Assembly (NCBI GenBank): GCA_951406725.2 | Contig: OX597814.1 | Span: 112,220,001 to 112,284,000 of the forward strand | Reading direction: 5' to 3' | DNA: 64,000 bases | DNA from: Octopus vulgaris | Taxonomy: Eukaryota | Part shown: positions 1 to 12,715 of the stretch, piece after piece | How the letters are laid out: each line of letters begins with the position of its first letter | Position numbering within the stretch: the first letter of the stretch is position 1 | Program-made: the position numbers and the translations under genes | Notes under the pieces: model-generated | Told to the model about the DNA's origin: nothing | The model's input: the letters and a program-made list of their open reading frames with translations, nothing else | Database searches by the model: none

Positions 1-835
1 TATTCACAGGCATTATCTCATGCTCGTTACCCGTTTCTCATTCTCCCGTCTCTCTTTCCACTTTGTTCCTTTCTCCTCTCCCAATTAAGCAATCATTTGT
101 TTGATCGTTTCTTTGTTTGATTGGTCTATTTGTTTGATTGTTTGATACTTCTGTACATGCCCGTCTCTTGCCTTTAGTTTGGCTCTCTTTCATCGTATAA
201 CGTCACACTATCCCTGCCCTTCCCTCTCTCGCCTACTTTAAAATGAAGTGTCGTTATTAATCATCTTGACGCGAGAGTCTGCTCCCAGGCAGAAAGTAAC
301 ACTGAGAGGGGGGGACAGAAAAGAGACTAGGGGAGGTGGTATAAATAAGGAAATACAGAGAGTGGTGGTGAGAGAGAGAGAGAGATAATATAGTTCAGGG
401 TGATAAAGGTGATACGCTGAGTTGTTATTACAAGCCTGAAGAACAAAAATGGTATTATAATGCGAAAGAAGCAAGAAGCATACGTAACATTTAGATGCGC
501 ACACGAATACACCGACATACTCTCAAATACACATACACACACACACACACACACAGGTAGGCACTCTGACTGCTCATATTGGTATGCCACTAAAATTCTG
601 GTTTGAACTGCATTTGAAGTTGTGATTTAGTGAATGCCTTCTAAAACGGCTAGAAGTGGCTTCCCCTTGAGCAGATAGGTATAGATTAAAACAGAAATGA
701 AAAGACATACGCTTTGGCAGGACTTGACAAGGCCATTTAATTTAGTTATATCACAACCCTTTTATTATATGACTAAATTAAATGTATTTGTAAAGTCTTG
801 TCAAATCGTTTGCACTTTCATTTCTGCTTTAATAT

Positions 836-1074
836 CTCTCTTTTACTCTTTTACTCTTCAACTTGTTTCAGTCATTTGACTGCGGCCATGCTGGAGCACC
901 GCCTTTAGTCGAGCAAATCGATCACAGGACTTACTCCTTGTAAGCTTAGTACTTATTCTATTGGAGTCTCTTGCCGAACCGCTAAGTTATGGGGACGTAA
1001 ACACGCCAGTATCGGTTGTCAAGCAATGTTGGGGGGACAAACAGACACACAAACACACACACACACACATATAT

Positions 1075-1112
<38 letters not shown>

Positions 1113-1288
1113 TTATACATATATACGAGGGTCTTCTTTCAGTTTCCGTCTACCAAATCCACTCACAAGGCTTTGGTCAGCCCGAGGCTATAGTAGAAGA
1201 CACTTGCCCAAAGTGCCACACAGTGGGATTGAAGCCGGAACCATGTGGTCGGTAAGTAAGCTACTTACTACACTGCCACTCCTGCGCC
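836..1288 (-). mobile_element. tRNA-derived SINE family A (CORE-like body, internal (TA)n/(CA)n), full length
   Basis: Minus strand: GGCGCAGGAGTGGCAGTGTAGTAAG head, B-box-like GGCTTCAATCC, GGCACTTTGGGCAAGTGTCTT core, internal microsatellite, tail GTCAAATGACTGAAACAAG...GAGTAAAAGAGTAAAAG. More than 20 copies or fragments in the window. Confidence 0.9.
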
Positions 1289-1688
1289 TATATATATATC
1301 ATTTCCAATATATATATATATATATATATATAGGTAATTTCCAAAAGCCGAAACTCAAGTATGTAGATGTCCTAAACTGCATAAACTTTCATAGTAGTGC
1401 TTTTGAATACATTAATTCTTTCTGTTTCCACTCCTACTGTGAGTTCTCTGTTATCTTGCTGCTGTGTGGCTGTTTAATTAAGACTTTGGCTCTTATTTCT
1501 AGCAGGCTGAAGCTTTTCTGCATCCTTACGTTTCGTGTTGATTTGTTATTTATAGCTAAATAATGCTTTTTGCCTGCGAACCACCCCTATTATTACTGTT
1601 GATATCATCAATTTTAGATTTTTATCCACAGATGATATTAACTATAGTGATATCTTATTTCAAACTTTAGTGTTTTAATGTTTTGTTC

Positions 1689-1737
<49 letters not shown>

Positions 1738-1935
1738 CACACACACACATATATATATATATACATACTGCATAGATAGATAGATAGATGTACATATATG
1801 TATATATGTTGTGTATGTATGTATGTATGTGTATGTGGCTTTTTAAGTCAAGTTTTATACAAAAAGAATTTAGCACTAAACTGAAGAATTACTCTATTTC
1901 TGAGTACATGTTTATTAAACTTTTACAAGAGAGGT

Positions 1936-1980
1936 GACAGTGACTTCGAAGTGTCACCCTCCTAACCTTCATTGGACTAT
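1936..1980 (-). ncRNA. Degenerate minimal hammerhead ribozyme (same family as 56141-56188)
   Basis: rc: atagt CCAATGA aggttaggagggt GACA cttcgaag TC actgtc. Helix I and palindromic helix III (ACTTCGAAGT) are kept; the core is mutated. Confidence 0.5.
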
Positions 1981-2179
1981 TTGTATGAATGTATGTGTGT
2001 GTGTGTGTGTGTGCGTTTGCTTCTAGTGCAAAAAAATTACTGTTGCGACCACACAACTGCGCTTAATCGTCACATTCTGCAGTTATATGATTGATTGATA
2101 GTCGTTAGCAACTGATCTACATGCAATTACAGAATGGCTATTAGTAACCGATTTCCAAAGCCTGTATATAGAACCAATT

Positions 2180-2550
2180 AGCAGCTGGTCGCCATAAGTC
2201 TTATATAATGGTCTTATATAAGACCTAGTGAACTTTCCTCCCAAGTTCTTATAGGGTTGATGCTAACAGCTGGTCCCACTATGTTACCAGCTGGTGTTTA
2301 TAGATTTTACATGTTGGCTGGTAGCAATTGGTTACCCTGTGTCTTATATAAAAACTGTGAACAGCTGGCCTTCATATACAGCACTTGGTAGCTGCCAACA
2401 GCTGGCCACCGTGTATGGTAACTGTTGATAGCTGGTGTCCATGTACCTTATATGACTGCTGTCAACAGCTATTCTCTATATACCATATATGGTAGCTGTC
2501 AACAGCTAGTCTCTATGTAACTTATACGGTTGATGTAAATTGCTGGTCCA
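2180..2550. repeat. Degenerate ~40-bp tandem repeat rich in CAGCTG
   Basis: Recurring unit resembling cttatatggtagctgtcaacagctggtc. CAGCTG at 2182, 2267, 2288, 2362, 2399; CCATATATGG at 2483-2492. Confidence 0.65.
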
Positions 2551-3245
2551 CATTATTTCCTTGACTAGACTAGGTTATTTTGTCTTCAGCAAGATAACCA
2601 ATATGGCGTTTAGAGTTCCGCCTTATTTTCATGATAAACTTAAGTCAACCATTTGCAGTCCTCTCTTTATTAAAACAGAACTCATTGCCGCCATGTTCTT
2701 TCCCTACTCAGCTTGCTTTAGTCAAATTCACATTGAAATTAAGTAATTCAGAAAAACACCTACATAGATTAATTAGGTCTCTGTTTACATAACTCCTAAG
2801 ATACATTGGTAACAGTTGATTATTAATTAAGTTGTTTGATTAAGAGTTGTAAGCCTAAAGACAGCTTCTTCTGATTCAAACGTATAACCGAGATAACTTC
2901 GCTTCTACCGATTGCAAAATAACCTTATCTTCATTTCTGCGAAGAAAATGGCCATAAAATATAACTTCTACTACAAATAATAAGAATAATATTACTATTA
3001 CTAGAATTATCATCAATATTATCAGTGTTGCTGTTGTTGTTGTTGTTATTGTATAACTGTTCAATATTTGGTGGTTTTAGGCAAATTTCTACTGCATCAC
3101 CTGCTACACCTCCGTGTTGCTGGGGTGTGTGCAGCATTGTATGTTCTTTTCTGCTGTTCGGAGTGTGCGAACTCTTACCGGTACTGTATTTCGTTAGTTT
3201 TTTTCTATTATCATTATTATCATTATTATTATTATTATTATTATT

Positions 3246-3461
3246 GGCGGCAAGCTGGCAGAATCGTTAGCACGCTGGACGAAATGCTTAGCGGCATTTC
3301 GCCCGTCGCTACGTTCTGAGTTTAAATTCCGCCGAGGTCAACTTTACTCTTTCATCCTGTCGAGGTCGGTAAATTAAGTACCAGTTGCGTACTGGGGTGG
3401 ATGCAATCGACTTAATCTCTTCCCCCAAATTTTAGGCCTTGTGCTTCCAATAGAAAGGATT
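3246..3461 (+). mobile_element. SINE family B
   Basis: GGCGGCAAGCTGGCAGAATCGTTAGCAC head, B-box-like GAGTTTAAATTCC, body TTTCATCCTGTCGAGGTCGGTAAATTAAGTACCAG. At least 10 copies in the window. Confidence 0.85.
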
Positions 3462-4074
3462 ACTACTACTATTATTATTATCATCATTATTTTCTTTCAT
3501 TGATCACATGAGCTCGTAAATGCGATAACAAAACGTGTTACAAAAGGAATACCAAATAGTGTGTGTGGAGGGGGTATCTATGCGCGTATATATAAATGTA
3601 GGGTTGGTAATAACAACAAAGTACTTAGAACAGGTTAAAAATTTACCACACTTGCACATAAGAGTAAGCCACCCTTAAAAGGGAAAGAAGCCACCGCTAT
3701 GTAAGTAGGATTAGGGCATCCATTTACTTGAATCACCCTCTGCTCTGATCACTGCAACCGCATACCTCCGAAATACCCCATTAGCATCTTCGGTGTTGCC
3801 TTAGGTGAGAAAATTCCCATGTCGTTTTAGCAGCTGTTGAGCGACTCTTGACTATATGCTGTTGCAGGTTACCTTCCACATAAATATATGATTGACAAAT
3901 AAATATGATTGACACATAAATATAAGAGAGACATACAAATATATGATTGACACATGAATATATGTCATTTATAAACGGAGGCAGGTTACTGATATTTAAC
4001 AGGTGTTTATCTCTCAATACAACCATTATGCAAGAGCATGTATGTACACATTGGTCTTTCTTTTTACATTTTCT

Positions 4075-4325
4075 TTAATGGTTTTAGTCAGTAGACTACG
4101 GCCATGCTGGAGCACTGCCTTGAGGAATTTTAACCGATCATATTATCGATCATATTATTTATGTTCTTTATTAAGCCTGATAATTATTCTATCGGTCTTC
4201 TTTGCCGTGGCACCTTGAGCAAGTGTCTTCTACTATAGCCTCGGGTTAACCAAAGCCTTACGAGTAAATCTGGTTGAAGGAACCTGAAAGAAGCCTGTCG
4301 TTTATATGTGTGTGTATATATATAC

Positions 4326-4399
<74 letters not shown>

Positions 4400-4605
4400 G
4401 CGTGTATGACTTTGTGTCTGTGTTTGGCCCCCACCACCGCTTGGCAACTGCTGTTTGTGTGTCTACGTCCTCGTAACTTAGCGGCTCGCCAAAAGAACTG
4501 TTAAAATATATAAGTACTGGGGTAGATTCATTCAAGTAAAATTCTTTAGGGTGGTGCCCCAGTATGCCCGCTGTCTAATGAGTGAAATGAGCAAATGATA
4601 GAAGA
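4075..4605. mobile_element. Fused inverted SINE A pieces (minus 3' part 4075-4207; plus core-to-tail 4208-4605)
   Basis: Minus-strand 3' body ...ATTCTATCGGTCTTCTTTGCCG runs directly into plus-strand TGGCACCTTGAGCAAGTGTC. Confidence 0.7.
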
Positions 4606-5574
4606 TATTATGGTGGGGGAGGTCTTAATCGATTTAAAAATCGCCGTCAGGTCGATGACTGATATTTTATTCTATCGACCTTCGAAGGCGGAAGTACAAC
4701 GTCGACGTCAGCGATATTTGAACTCCGAACACAAAGTCCATAAGTAAATACCACAAAATTTTTTGTCCGACGCTCCACCTCCCTAAAACATGTAAATAGT
4801 TATTGATATTAACACCCAATTAAAAATGTCAGACAAATCCGAAAAAGAAAAGCAAAAAAAAAAAAATCTAGTAAAATCTCAAACGCTTCGAATATCTGAT
4901 TCTTCATATTCAGGGATTACAGAATTAGAGAAGAGCTTTAATGTAAATACATATAAATTAGCTGAGCTGTTTGCCATTGGTTACTTTTGGTAATAAGATT
5001 TGTTATATCACTAACTTTGGCAAGTTCTTATTTGTCCAGGAATGGTGGGGAGTACCAATAAATTAATTAATCATAGCTTTTTACATTCATAATTCTTAAC
5101 GGTAACATTCTGTAGGATTACGGTGTCAACAAATGTCTAGTTTGGCATCATAGTTATGCTGTGTAGTCTGTGTAAGCGAACACACGTCACAAGTGCAGAC
5201 TAATGTGTCCACTTCAAAACCCAGTGCAATTTTCAGCAATCTAGGTTATGTCTAGACGCTGGGTAAATGTCTTGTAAATTACATTCGCTAATTTTCGAGA
5301 AGTGTTCCTGTTATTACAAGTGGATGTTTTGTCAGCATTATCAATGTTCTTATTCTGACAGTGTTGGTTTGTATGCGTGTGGGCGTACGTGGCTTTGTGT
5401 ACGTGAGTATGTGTGTGCGTGCGCTCACGTGTGTTCATTCACTATACTATTCGCATGAATATAGTAATATATATACATAATGTAAAATGCATATCATGTT
5501 AATGTAATGTTGAACATGTATAATATAATGTATAGAGTACGTATAACTATTTATAAATATATATAGTCAAAAAC

Positions 5575-5815
5575 TAACAAAGTAACAAATAGAAAAACAA
5601 AACAACAGAAGTCAATTAGACATACTCAGTAAACATCTTAGATTGACGCTCAGTGAAAGTTTTAGATGGAAAAATAGGAAAAATGATGTTTCGAGCGTGG
5701 GCTCTTCATCGGAAAGGGGTAAAAGTCCAGAGAGGAGAAAAGGGAGGAAGGAGTAGATAGTCTGGGGAGAAAATACACTTGTGTCGTTATACAGCCTTAT
5801 ATCTGTGCACGTGTT
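5575..5815 (-). mobile_element. Penelope-like terminal-repeat fragment with degenerate HHR
   Basis: rc CCGATGA AGAGC CCAC GCTC GAAAC ATC at about 5685-5712; related to 23213-23422. Confidence 0.55.
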
Positions 5816-5828
5816 ACACATATATATA

Positions 5829-6250
5829 GTCTTTTATTATTTTATTGTTTTACTTGTTTCAGTCATTTCACTGCGGCCATACTGGGGCACTGCCTTTAGT
5901 CGAACAAATTGACCCCAGGAGTTATTCTTTGTAAGCCTAGTACTTATTCTATCGGTTTCTTTTGCTGAACCGCTGTATTACGGGAACGTAAACAAACCAC
6001 CATCTGTTGTCAAGTGATGGTGGGGAGGACAAACACAAACACACAAATACATACACACGTACATATACACACACGCACATATATACATACGATGGGCTTC
6101 TTTAAGTTTCCGTCTACCAAATCCACTCACAAGGCTTTGGTCGACCCGAGGCTATGGTAGAAGACACTTGCCCCAGGTGTTACGCAGTGAGACTGAACCC
6201 GGAACCATGTGGCTGGGAAGCAAGCTTCTTACCACACAGCCACTCCTGCA
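5829..6250 (-). mobile_element. SINE family A
   Basis: Full head-core-microsatellite-tail match to 836-1288. Confidence 0.9.
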
Positions 6251-6982
6251 TCTATATATGTATATATATATATATACATACACACATACGCACACTGTTA
6301 TACACACACACACACACACACATACATCATATATACATATATGTTTTCTTTATATGCATATGTATAGACATACACACACATATATATGTGTGTGTTTGTG
6401 TGCATGTGTGTGTGTGTGTTTGTGTATGTACACACACACACATACATAACATTTGATTAGTCTATGAAACAGAGTTGCGATAAAAGTAGCTGTAGCTTCT
6501 GCAAAAATATACACACCGGTAGTATTTTGTACACATGCACGCACTCATACATGAACAAGCACACTTAAACACACTCACAAATAAAAGCTTTCGTTTATAT
6601 ATGATAGGGTTATTCTCAATACATGGTGTAGTTTGTATTTTTTAGGAATCAGGACATGATATACTTCGATCCTGCTCAGTCTCGCATACAAACGCCAAAC
6701 TCTGAGTAGCAAGGGAATGATCATTCAGTTAGTATATATATACACATGCATATATGTGTGTGTATGCTTGTGCGCGCAAGTGTGTATACGTGTATGTGTG
6801 TGTATGTGAGAGAGAGAGAGAGAGAGAGACAGAGAGACAGAGACAGACTCCTTTTCTGTTGGATTGTTAACTTCCCTGTATCTTAGTAGATCGGTTAAAG
6901 AGAAGATAAATCACAGTGTGGTCTGGTAAAAGACAGAAGTGTAATAACTCTCAACATATTACTGTCAGGCCTATGAGTATTA

Positions 6983-8133
6983 CTAGTACGATACCCGTCA
7001 CTTCACTGACGGCGAGGCGGTAAATTTTACATTTAAAGTTTGTGTCCATTTAAAATTCTATCTTTCATATAAAATATAATTAGTTCAAATACAAAGTGTC
7101 ATCAAAAGAATGAGAAAGTTATTAAACTTTACCTCTATTTTTACATGGTTTAATTTTTGAAATTTTGGTATTTATTCTCAACGAAGACTTAATAAATGAT
7201 AATTTAACTAAAACCGTGAAATATTTTATTTGATATTGTGCAAACTCAGTGTTTATACATTGTATAATAGTTACACTCCTAATCAAGGTTCTGTTTTCAT
7301 CATTATCATGTGTTTTCTGGTTTGACAGAGACTTGGCTGTTATTTCTAACAGGTCGATTAACTTCATAAAATCTCTGACATTTATGAGCATGTGTATGTA
7401 TGCATGTTTTATTTGTGGCAGACAATGAGTGTAATAGGAAATGTTTTATAATAATTTTGTTCTCATTATTAACATAATATATCAGTAAAATAGCTAAGCC
7501 AAACTACCTCATACACAAACAAAGTGGTAAATGATAAACTTCAGTGAATTAATCTTTATTCATGATTAGTAACGTTTTCATGACTTTCACTTTTTATAAT
7601 CTTGCAATTATTATATATAAACAAATGTTTAAACGGAAAATGATATATTTATTTTACAAACAGTAGAATTGACTGCTTTAGTGACCGAGTGATTTACCCA
7701 ATTCAAAAAATAAGTAGTTTCAAGGAACTACATTCAATAAATCGAAATAGGTTTGCTGCAGAATTAACTTTTTTATTCAATGAAGATCTTGGTAAATCCG
7801 TCACTATTTTTATCATCTTTCTCTTTCTTCTTCCCCTCTCCCCGTCTTTATTTTTTCATCTCATCACACAATCTATTATTGTGTTGGAGAGTGAAATATT
7901 ATTCATGACCACGAATTTTTCAGTGGCGTGCGAAGAAAAACAAACTTTGATCAAAAATAAAACACGACACTTATTTTTCCTTACATTGCACATGCGAATT
8001 CAATGAATAGATTTAATATATTCCCTATTTTGTATTTCCTTTCTCAAAAAGAAAAAAAGAAATACTTGATAACATCTTGATCTGAGGATAATGTTTGACG
8101 GACAGAGAAACATGGTCCTTATTATAATATAGA
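6983..8133 (-). mobile_element. Non-autonomous Helitron
   Basis: Minus-strand 5' end A|TCTATATTATAATAAGG; 3' end CTAG|T; subterminal hairpin CCGTCA-cttcac-TGACGG (6995-7012) about 12 nt from the 3' end; inserted between A and T with no TSD. Confidence 0.85.
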
Positions 8134-8419
8134 TTGTGCAATATCTCCATCCGCTTCAGTAATTGGAAAAACCGGATAAAACGTCAGCTTAAAGCCAGGT
8201 CACAAATTCGCATGATAATGGTGGAAAATGCTAGTTCTTGTATAGCATTTACAGAATGAAATTTTGTAGGATTGGCCTTAATATTCGTCGTCATTTTGCG
8301 AGGAAACGACCACTCAATAAAAGGAGAGAAAACGTGCAGCTGTGTGGTACTAAGAGAATTTATTGCTTTGGTAATATCTGTGAGAGACAGGAGAAATATG
8401 TCGCAAAAAAGCTTCACAG

Positions 8420-9000
8420 GCAAAGCTGCATAAATAAGAAGCTCGCTTTGCTACCATGAGGTTTCGAGTTCGGTCCCATTGTATGGCACTTCGAGAAAGT
8501 ATCTTTTACTATAGCTTCGAGCCAACCAGTGCCTCGTGACTGGATCTGGTAGGCATAAACTGTGTGGAAGGCGGCGAGCTGGCAGAAACGTTAGCACACT
8601 GGGCGAAATGCTTAGCGGTATTTCGTCTGCCGCTACATTCTGAATTCAAATTCCGCCGAGGTCGACTAAGCCTTTCATCCTTTCGGGGTCGATTAAATAA
8701 GTACCAGTTACGCACTGGGGTCGATGTAATCGACTTAATCCCTTTGTCTGTCCTTGTTTGTCCCTTCTATGTTTAGCTCCTTATGGGCAATAAAGAAATA
8801 AGAAACTGTGAGGAAGCCCATCGTATACAGTTTTACATATCTTTGTGTTTGTTCACAACAACCGTTTGACAAGCAGTGTTAGTTTCTTTATGTACCCGTA
8901 ATTCAGTAGTTCGGCAAAAGGGATCGATAAAGTAAGTACCAGACTTCCAGGGAGATCGATTTGTTTGATTGAGCCCTTCAAGGGGGTGTCCCGGCATGAA
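8420..9000 (+). mobile_element. Diverged SINE A interrupted by SINE B
   Basis: Head and core at 8420-8570; sequence resumes at 8803 with GGAAGCCCATCG and the 3' body. Confidence 0.75.
8571..8802 (+). mobile_element. SINE family B with 14-bp TSD
   Basis: Flanked by AAACTGTGTGGAAG (8557-8570) and AAACTGTGAGGAAG (8803-8816). Confidence 0.9.
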
Positions 9001-9097
9001 ATTTTGTCTGCAGAGTCTATTTAATTTTAAAAATGAAATGTGTGTTAATGAAACACTGAATTTATAATCATTCAACGTGTGTGAGTATTTGGGGGAC

Positions 9098-9141
<44 letters not shown>

Positions 9142-9297
9142 TGTGAGAGAAAGACAGGAAGAAGAGAGAGAGAGAATATGTATATACATATACATTTATA
9201 TATATGCACATACATATATGTATATATACATATATACACAATGCATATATTCTTTTCTACCCCAGGCTCAAGGCCCGAAGTTTGTCTGTATGTATAA

Positions 9298-9692
9298 TTT
9301 TTTCTCTACTCTAGGTACAAGGCCCAAAATTTGGAGGTGGGGTGGAGGGGACCAGTCGATTAGATCGACCCCAGTACGCAACTGGTACTCAATTTATCGA
9401 CCCCGAAAGGATGAAAGACAAAGTCGACATCGGTGGAATTTGAACTCAGAACATAAAGACAACTGAAATACCTATTTCTTTACTACCCACAAGGGGCTAT
9501 GCACAGAGAGGACAAACAAGGACAGACAAACGGATTAATCGATAATATCGACCCCAGTGCGTAACTGGTACTTATTTAATCGACTCCGAAAGGATGAAAG
9601 GCAAAGTCGACCTCGGCAGAATTTGAACTCAGAACGTAACGGCAGACGAAATACCGATAAGCATTTCGCTCGACGTGCTAACGTTTCTGCCT
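9298..9692 (-). mobile_element. Dimeric SINE B
   Basis: Two tandem bodies joined at the same junction as 35058-35440. Confidence 0.85.
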
Positions 9693-9724
9693 ACACAATA
9701 CATACATTATACCATACACACAGA

Positions 9725-9870
9725 CAAATTCCGCCGAGGTCGACTTTGTCTTTCATCCTTTCGGGGTCGATAAATTAAGTACCAGTTGCGTACTGGGGTC
9801 GAGCTAATCGACTGGCCCCCTCCACCCCCCACCCAAAATTTCGAGCATTGTACCTAGAGTAGAGAAAAAA
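9725..9870 (+). mobile_element. 5'-truncated SINE B, inverted relative to 9298-9692
   Basis: AAATTCCGCCGAGGTCGACTTTG...GAGTAGAGAAAA. Confidence 0.85.
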
Positions 9871-10926
9871 ATTATACATATAGACATACATATATACACA
9901 CACACACATACACACACACACATATGACCGAAACGAGTAAATAATAACGGAAGATATTGAAACAATAAAAATGGAAGCTGATGCCTGCTAATATACAACG
10001 GCAAAGCTGTAGACTGAACAACACTGCTGGAGTTGATAGACCTATTTACTCATCAGGTGGGTCACTTCTTTTGTGTTTGCGATCTAAAATATAGTTCCTG
10101 TGTCTTCGAAGAAGTGGAGAAAGAATGAAGACTTTCGAAACGATCAGGTTTATTGTTGGAACTAAAATCCTTTTTGATCATGAAATTAAAACCTTGTCAC
10201 CTAGTTACGTCATTAGTATTATCAAATCACAAATCAAGGTTTGATATCCAACCAGAGAACTGTAGCATGACGGATTATATTTACATAAAATTAGTCTTGC
10301 ATTAATATAACACATGCACACACACCCATACGCAGACACACTCACACACAACTGTTATAGACAATTGTGTGTATAAGCATCGGTGAAATTGTTGTCGAAT
10401 CGGGTGTTAGCAAGAGCTCTATGTCTTTTGCAAGTGATTGAACATCGGTTTAATGTTGTTATCTCAAACACGTGTGCAATAACAGTAAATTGACTTCAAC
10501 TGTTTTTCAAGGTTCTGATGTGAAATCTGTAAAGAAAACACGATTGTAAAGAACACAGGCTTTTGTTTAATGGGATGAAAGATTAGGAAGGGGTTAGGGT
10601 TAACATTAAATGATGGCCGTCAGATTGAAATAAAACGGAGAAAGAAAGATTGCAACAAATAAAGATGAATGAAGAAATGAGAGAAAGAGAGGGGGGAGGT
10701 GAATAAAATATATGAAGTGAACGAAAGGAAGAAATTAATAGGAAAATAATAAAAAGGAAATCGAAGGAAATCGAAGTGATAAAAAAGGAACAAAAGGAGA
10801 AAAATGATTCTAATAAACAATTAAAGAAGCAACGAAAATACGGCAAACAAGGAGGAATTTCACAGAGGAAATTGAGGGGAAAATAAAGAAAGGGGTTCAA
10901 ATGAAGATTCATTTAAGGGTTTAAGA

Positions 10927-11080
10927 CGCAAGCATGGTTGTGTGGTTAACAAGCTCGCTTTGTAAACAGGCGATTTAGGGGATCTGGGGTGCAGTCCCAC
11001 TGCGTGGTACTTTAAGGGTCTCCTACTATAGCCCCGGGTCGACCAATGCCCTATAGGTGGATTTGGTAAACTAAAACTGT
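10927..11080 (+). mobile_element. SINE A 5' half, diverged
   Basis: CGCAAGCATGGTTGTGTGGTTAAC...CAGTCCCACTGCGTGG...GGATTTGGTAAAC. Confidence 0.7.
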
Positions 11081-11354
11081 ATATATACAGTAACACCTCA
11101 CTTTATGGGGAACTGCTTTAAGAAACCCTGGGTTTACGAGTTTTGTTTTGTTTCCGAGTATTCGTTTCACGAGCGTTCCCGTATATTAACTCGTATACCT
11201 AGGCATTATATGTATGTATATATGCATATATTCATATATTATTTGTATTGTAGAACAAATAGAAAGATAAATTTTATTCAACGCATAGATACTGAACAGT
11301 ATATATGAAGGATAATATCCTTTTTTCTTTTTAAAGCAGAAAAATTTGTCGGCA

Positions 11355-11427
11355 TCCAGCCATGAGGAACGAACTCACATCCCTCCAATATTCGGTTGGA
11401 ATGCTTTACCATTTAAGCTAAACCGCT
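11355..11427 (-). pseudogene. tRNA-like element (tRNA pseudogene or isolated SINE head)
   Basis: rc: D arm GCTT/AAGC; anticodon arm TCCAA-CCGAATA-TTGGA; T arm GTGAG-TTCGTTC-CTCAT. Acceptor stem is poor; C33 and U37 are non-canonical. Confidence 0.6.
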
Positions 11428-11543
11428 GGACCGCCAAATTCTTCCGCAATTTAAGAAGTTATGGAATCATCCAGGAATGCTAGATGTCGTATAGGTTACG
11501 CCGTGTGTAAACAAACAAGTTTGTTTTCGAAGCGTTGAAGTGT

Positions 11544-11681
11544 TCCGCCGAGGTCGACTTTGCCTTTCAACCATTCGGGGTCGATAAATTAAGTACCAGT
11601 TACGATGTAATCGACTTAATCCCTTTGTCTGTCCTTGTTTGTCCCCTCAATGTTTAGCCCCTTGTGGGTAGTAAAGAAAAA

Positions 11682-11712
<31 letters not shown>

Positions 11713-11890
11713 TGTATATATTATTTTTTCTTTTACTCGTTTCAGTCATTCGACTGCGGCCATGCTGGAGCACCGCCTTTAGTTGCACAAATCGACCGCA
11801 GGACTTATTCTTTGTAAGCCTAGTACTTATTCCATCGTTCATCCTTTGCCGAACAGCCAAGTTACTGAGACGTAAATCGGTTGTCAAGCG
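11544..11890. mobile_element. Partial SINE B (+, 11544-11680) and partial SINE A (-, 11730-11890)
   Basis: Matches to the body sequences of other copies in the window. Confidence 0.75.
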
Positions 11891-11901
11891 ATGCATACAT
11901 A

Positions 11902-11984
<83 letters not shown>

Positions 11985-12087
11985 AAAAGAGACATGAAGG
12001 CCTGCGACATCAATATTACCAACTGGGAAGCAGTGAATTTTAGGGCTTATAAATTATAATTTATCAACCCGGAAAACACTCCATAAT

Positions 12088-12175
12088 TGCCCACGGGCAT
12101 ATGGCGTAGTGGTTAAGAGCGCGGGCTACAAACCCCAAGATTCCAGGCAGTGACCTGAACAACAACAACAACAAC

Positions 12176-12224
<49 letters not shown>

Positions 12225-12410
12225 TCGAAAAATGACTTAGGAATGAGAACCCAGGTTCGAAATTTCCCCAAGACACCTGAAGAAGGCTGGAGGGTATATC
12301 AGCCAAAACGTTGTGTTAAAAACAAACAAGATGAGGACAAATATCCGTCAAATGTAAATAATGTAAATAACGTAAATAATGTACATAATTCCTCGTCTCT
12401 TAAATATAGA
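12088..12410 (+). mobile_element. SINE family D: tRNA head + (TAA)n + HHR-containing tail
   Basis: A-box TGGCGTAGTGG (12102-12112); B-box deleted in this copy; (CAA/TAA)n; HHR-like motif at 12272-12317. Second copy at 30930-31200. Confidence 0.8.
12272..12317 (+). ncRNA. Minimal HHR with G12A change (probably inactive)
   Basis: gacac CTGAAGA aggctg-gagggtatat-cagcc AAAA cg TT gtgtt. Confidence 0.65.
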
Positions 12411-12715
12411 ACTGTTTAATGAAATTCGTTTGATTCTTTCATTCTTACACCGATTCCAATCAGTGAACTGTGGAATTTCTGGAGGCATGGCCCTCAGTAA
12501 TCATCAATTATATCGATCTATTACTTCCGCCTGGTCCATATCTTATCGATCTCTTACAGGCGAAATGATCGAAGCTGACACTTGGTGATCAGAAATCTAA
12601 CAATGACTAAAAAGAACAAAGCAGCTTAGTTGTTCGACGCACCGATTCACAGACATTCACACGTGTGTACGCGTGAGACTATGTGAATCAGCGCGTGTGC
12701 GTGAATATTGGATTC

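Noticed and set aside
3500-3880. Possible L1/Tx1-like LINE 3' remnant on the minus strand
   Set aside because: Only vague similarity; no motif could be confirmed.
10013-10056. Possible exon ending CAG|GTGGGT; also 8270-8346 and 32102-32170
   Set aside because: One splice site is weak in each case and the peptides are unrecognisable.
10600-10915. Purine-rich strand-biased tracts (also 32150-32540 and 59900-60200) as coding or transmembrane ORFs
   Set aside because: Low-complexity GA-rich decay; the F/L/S-rich antisense ORFs are compositional artefacts.
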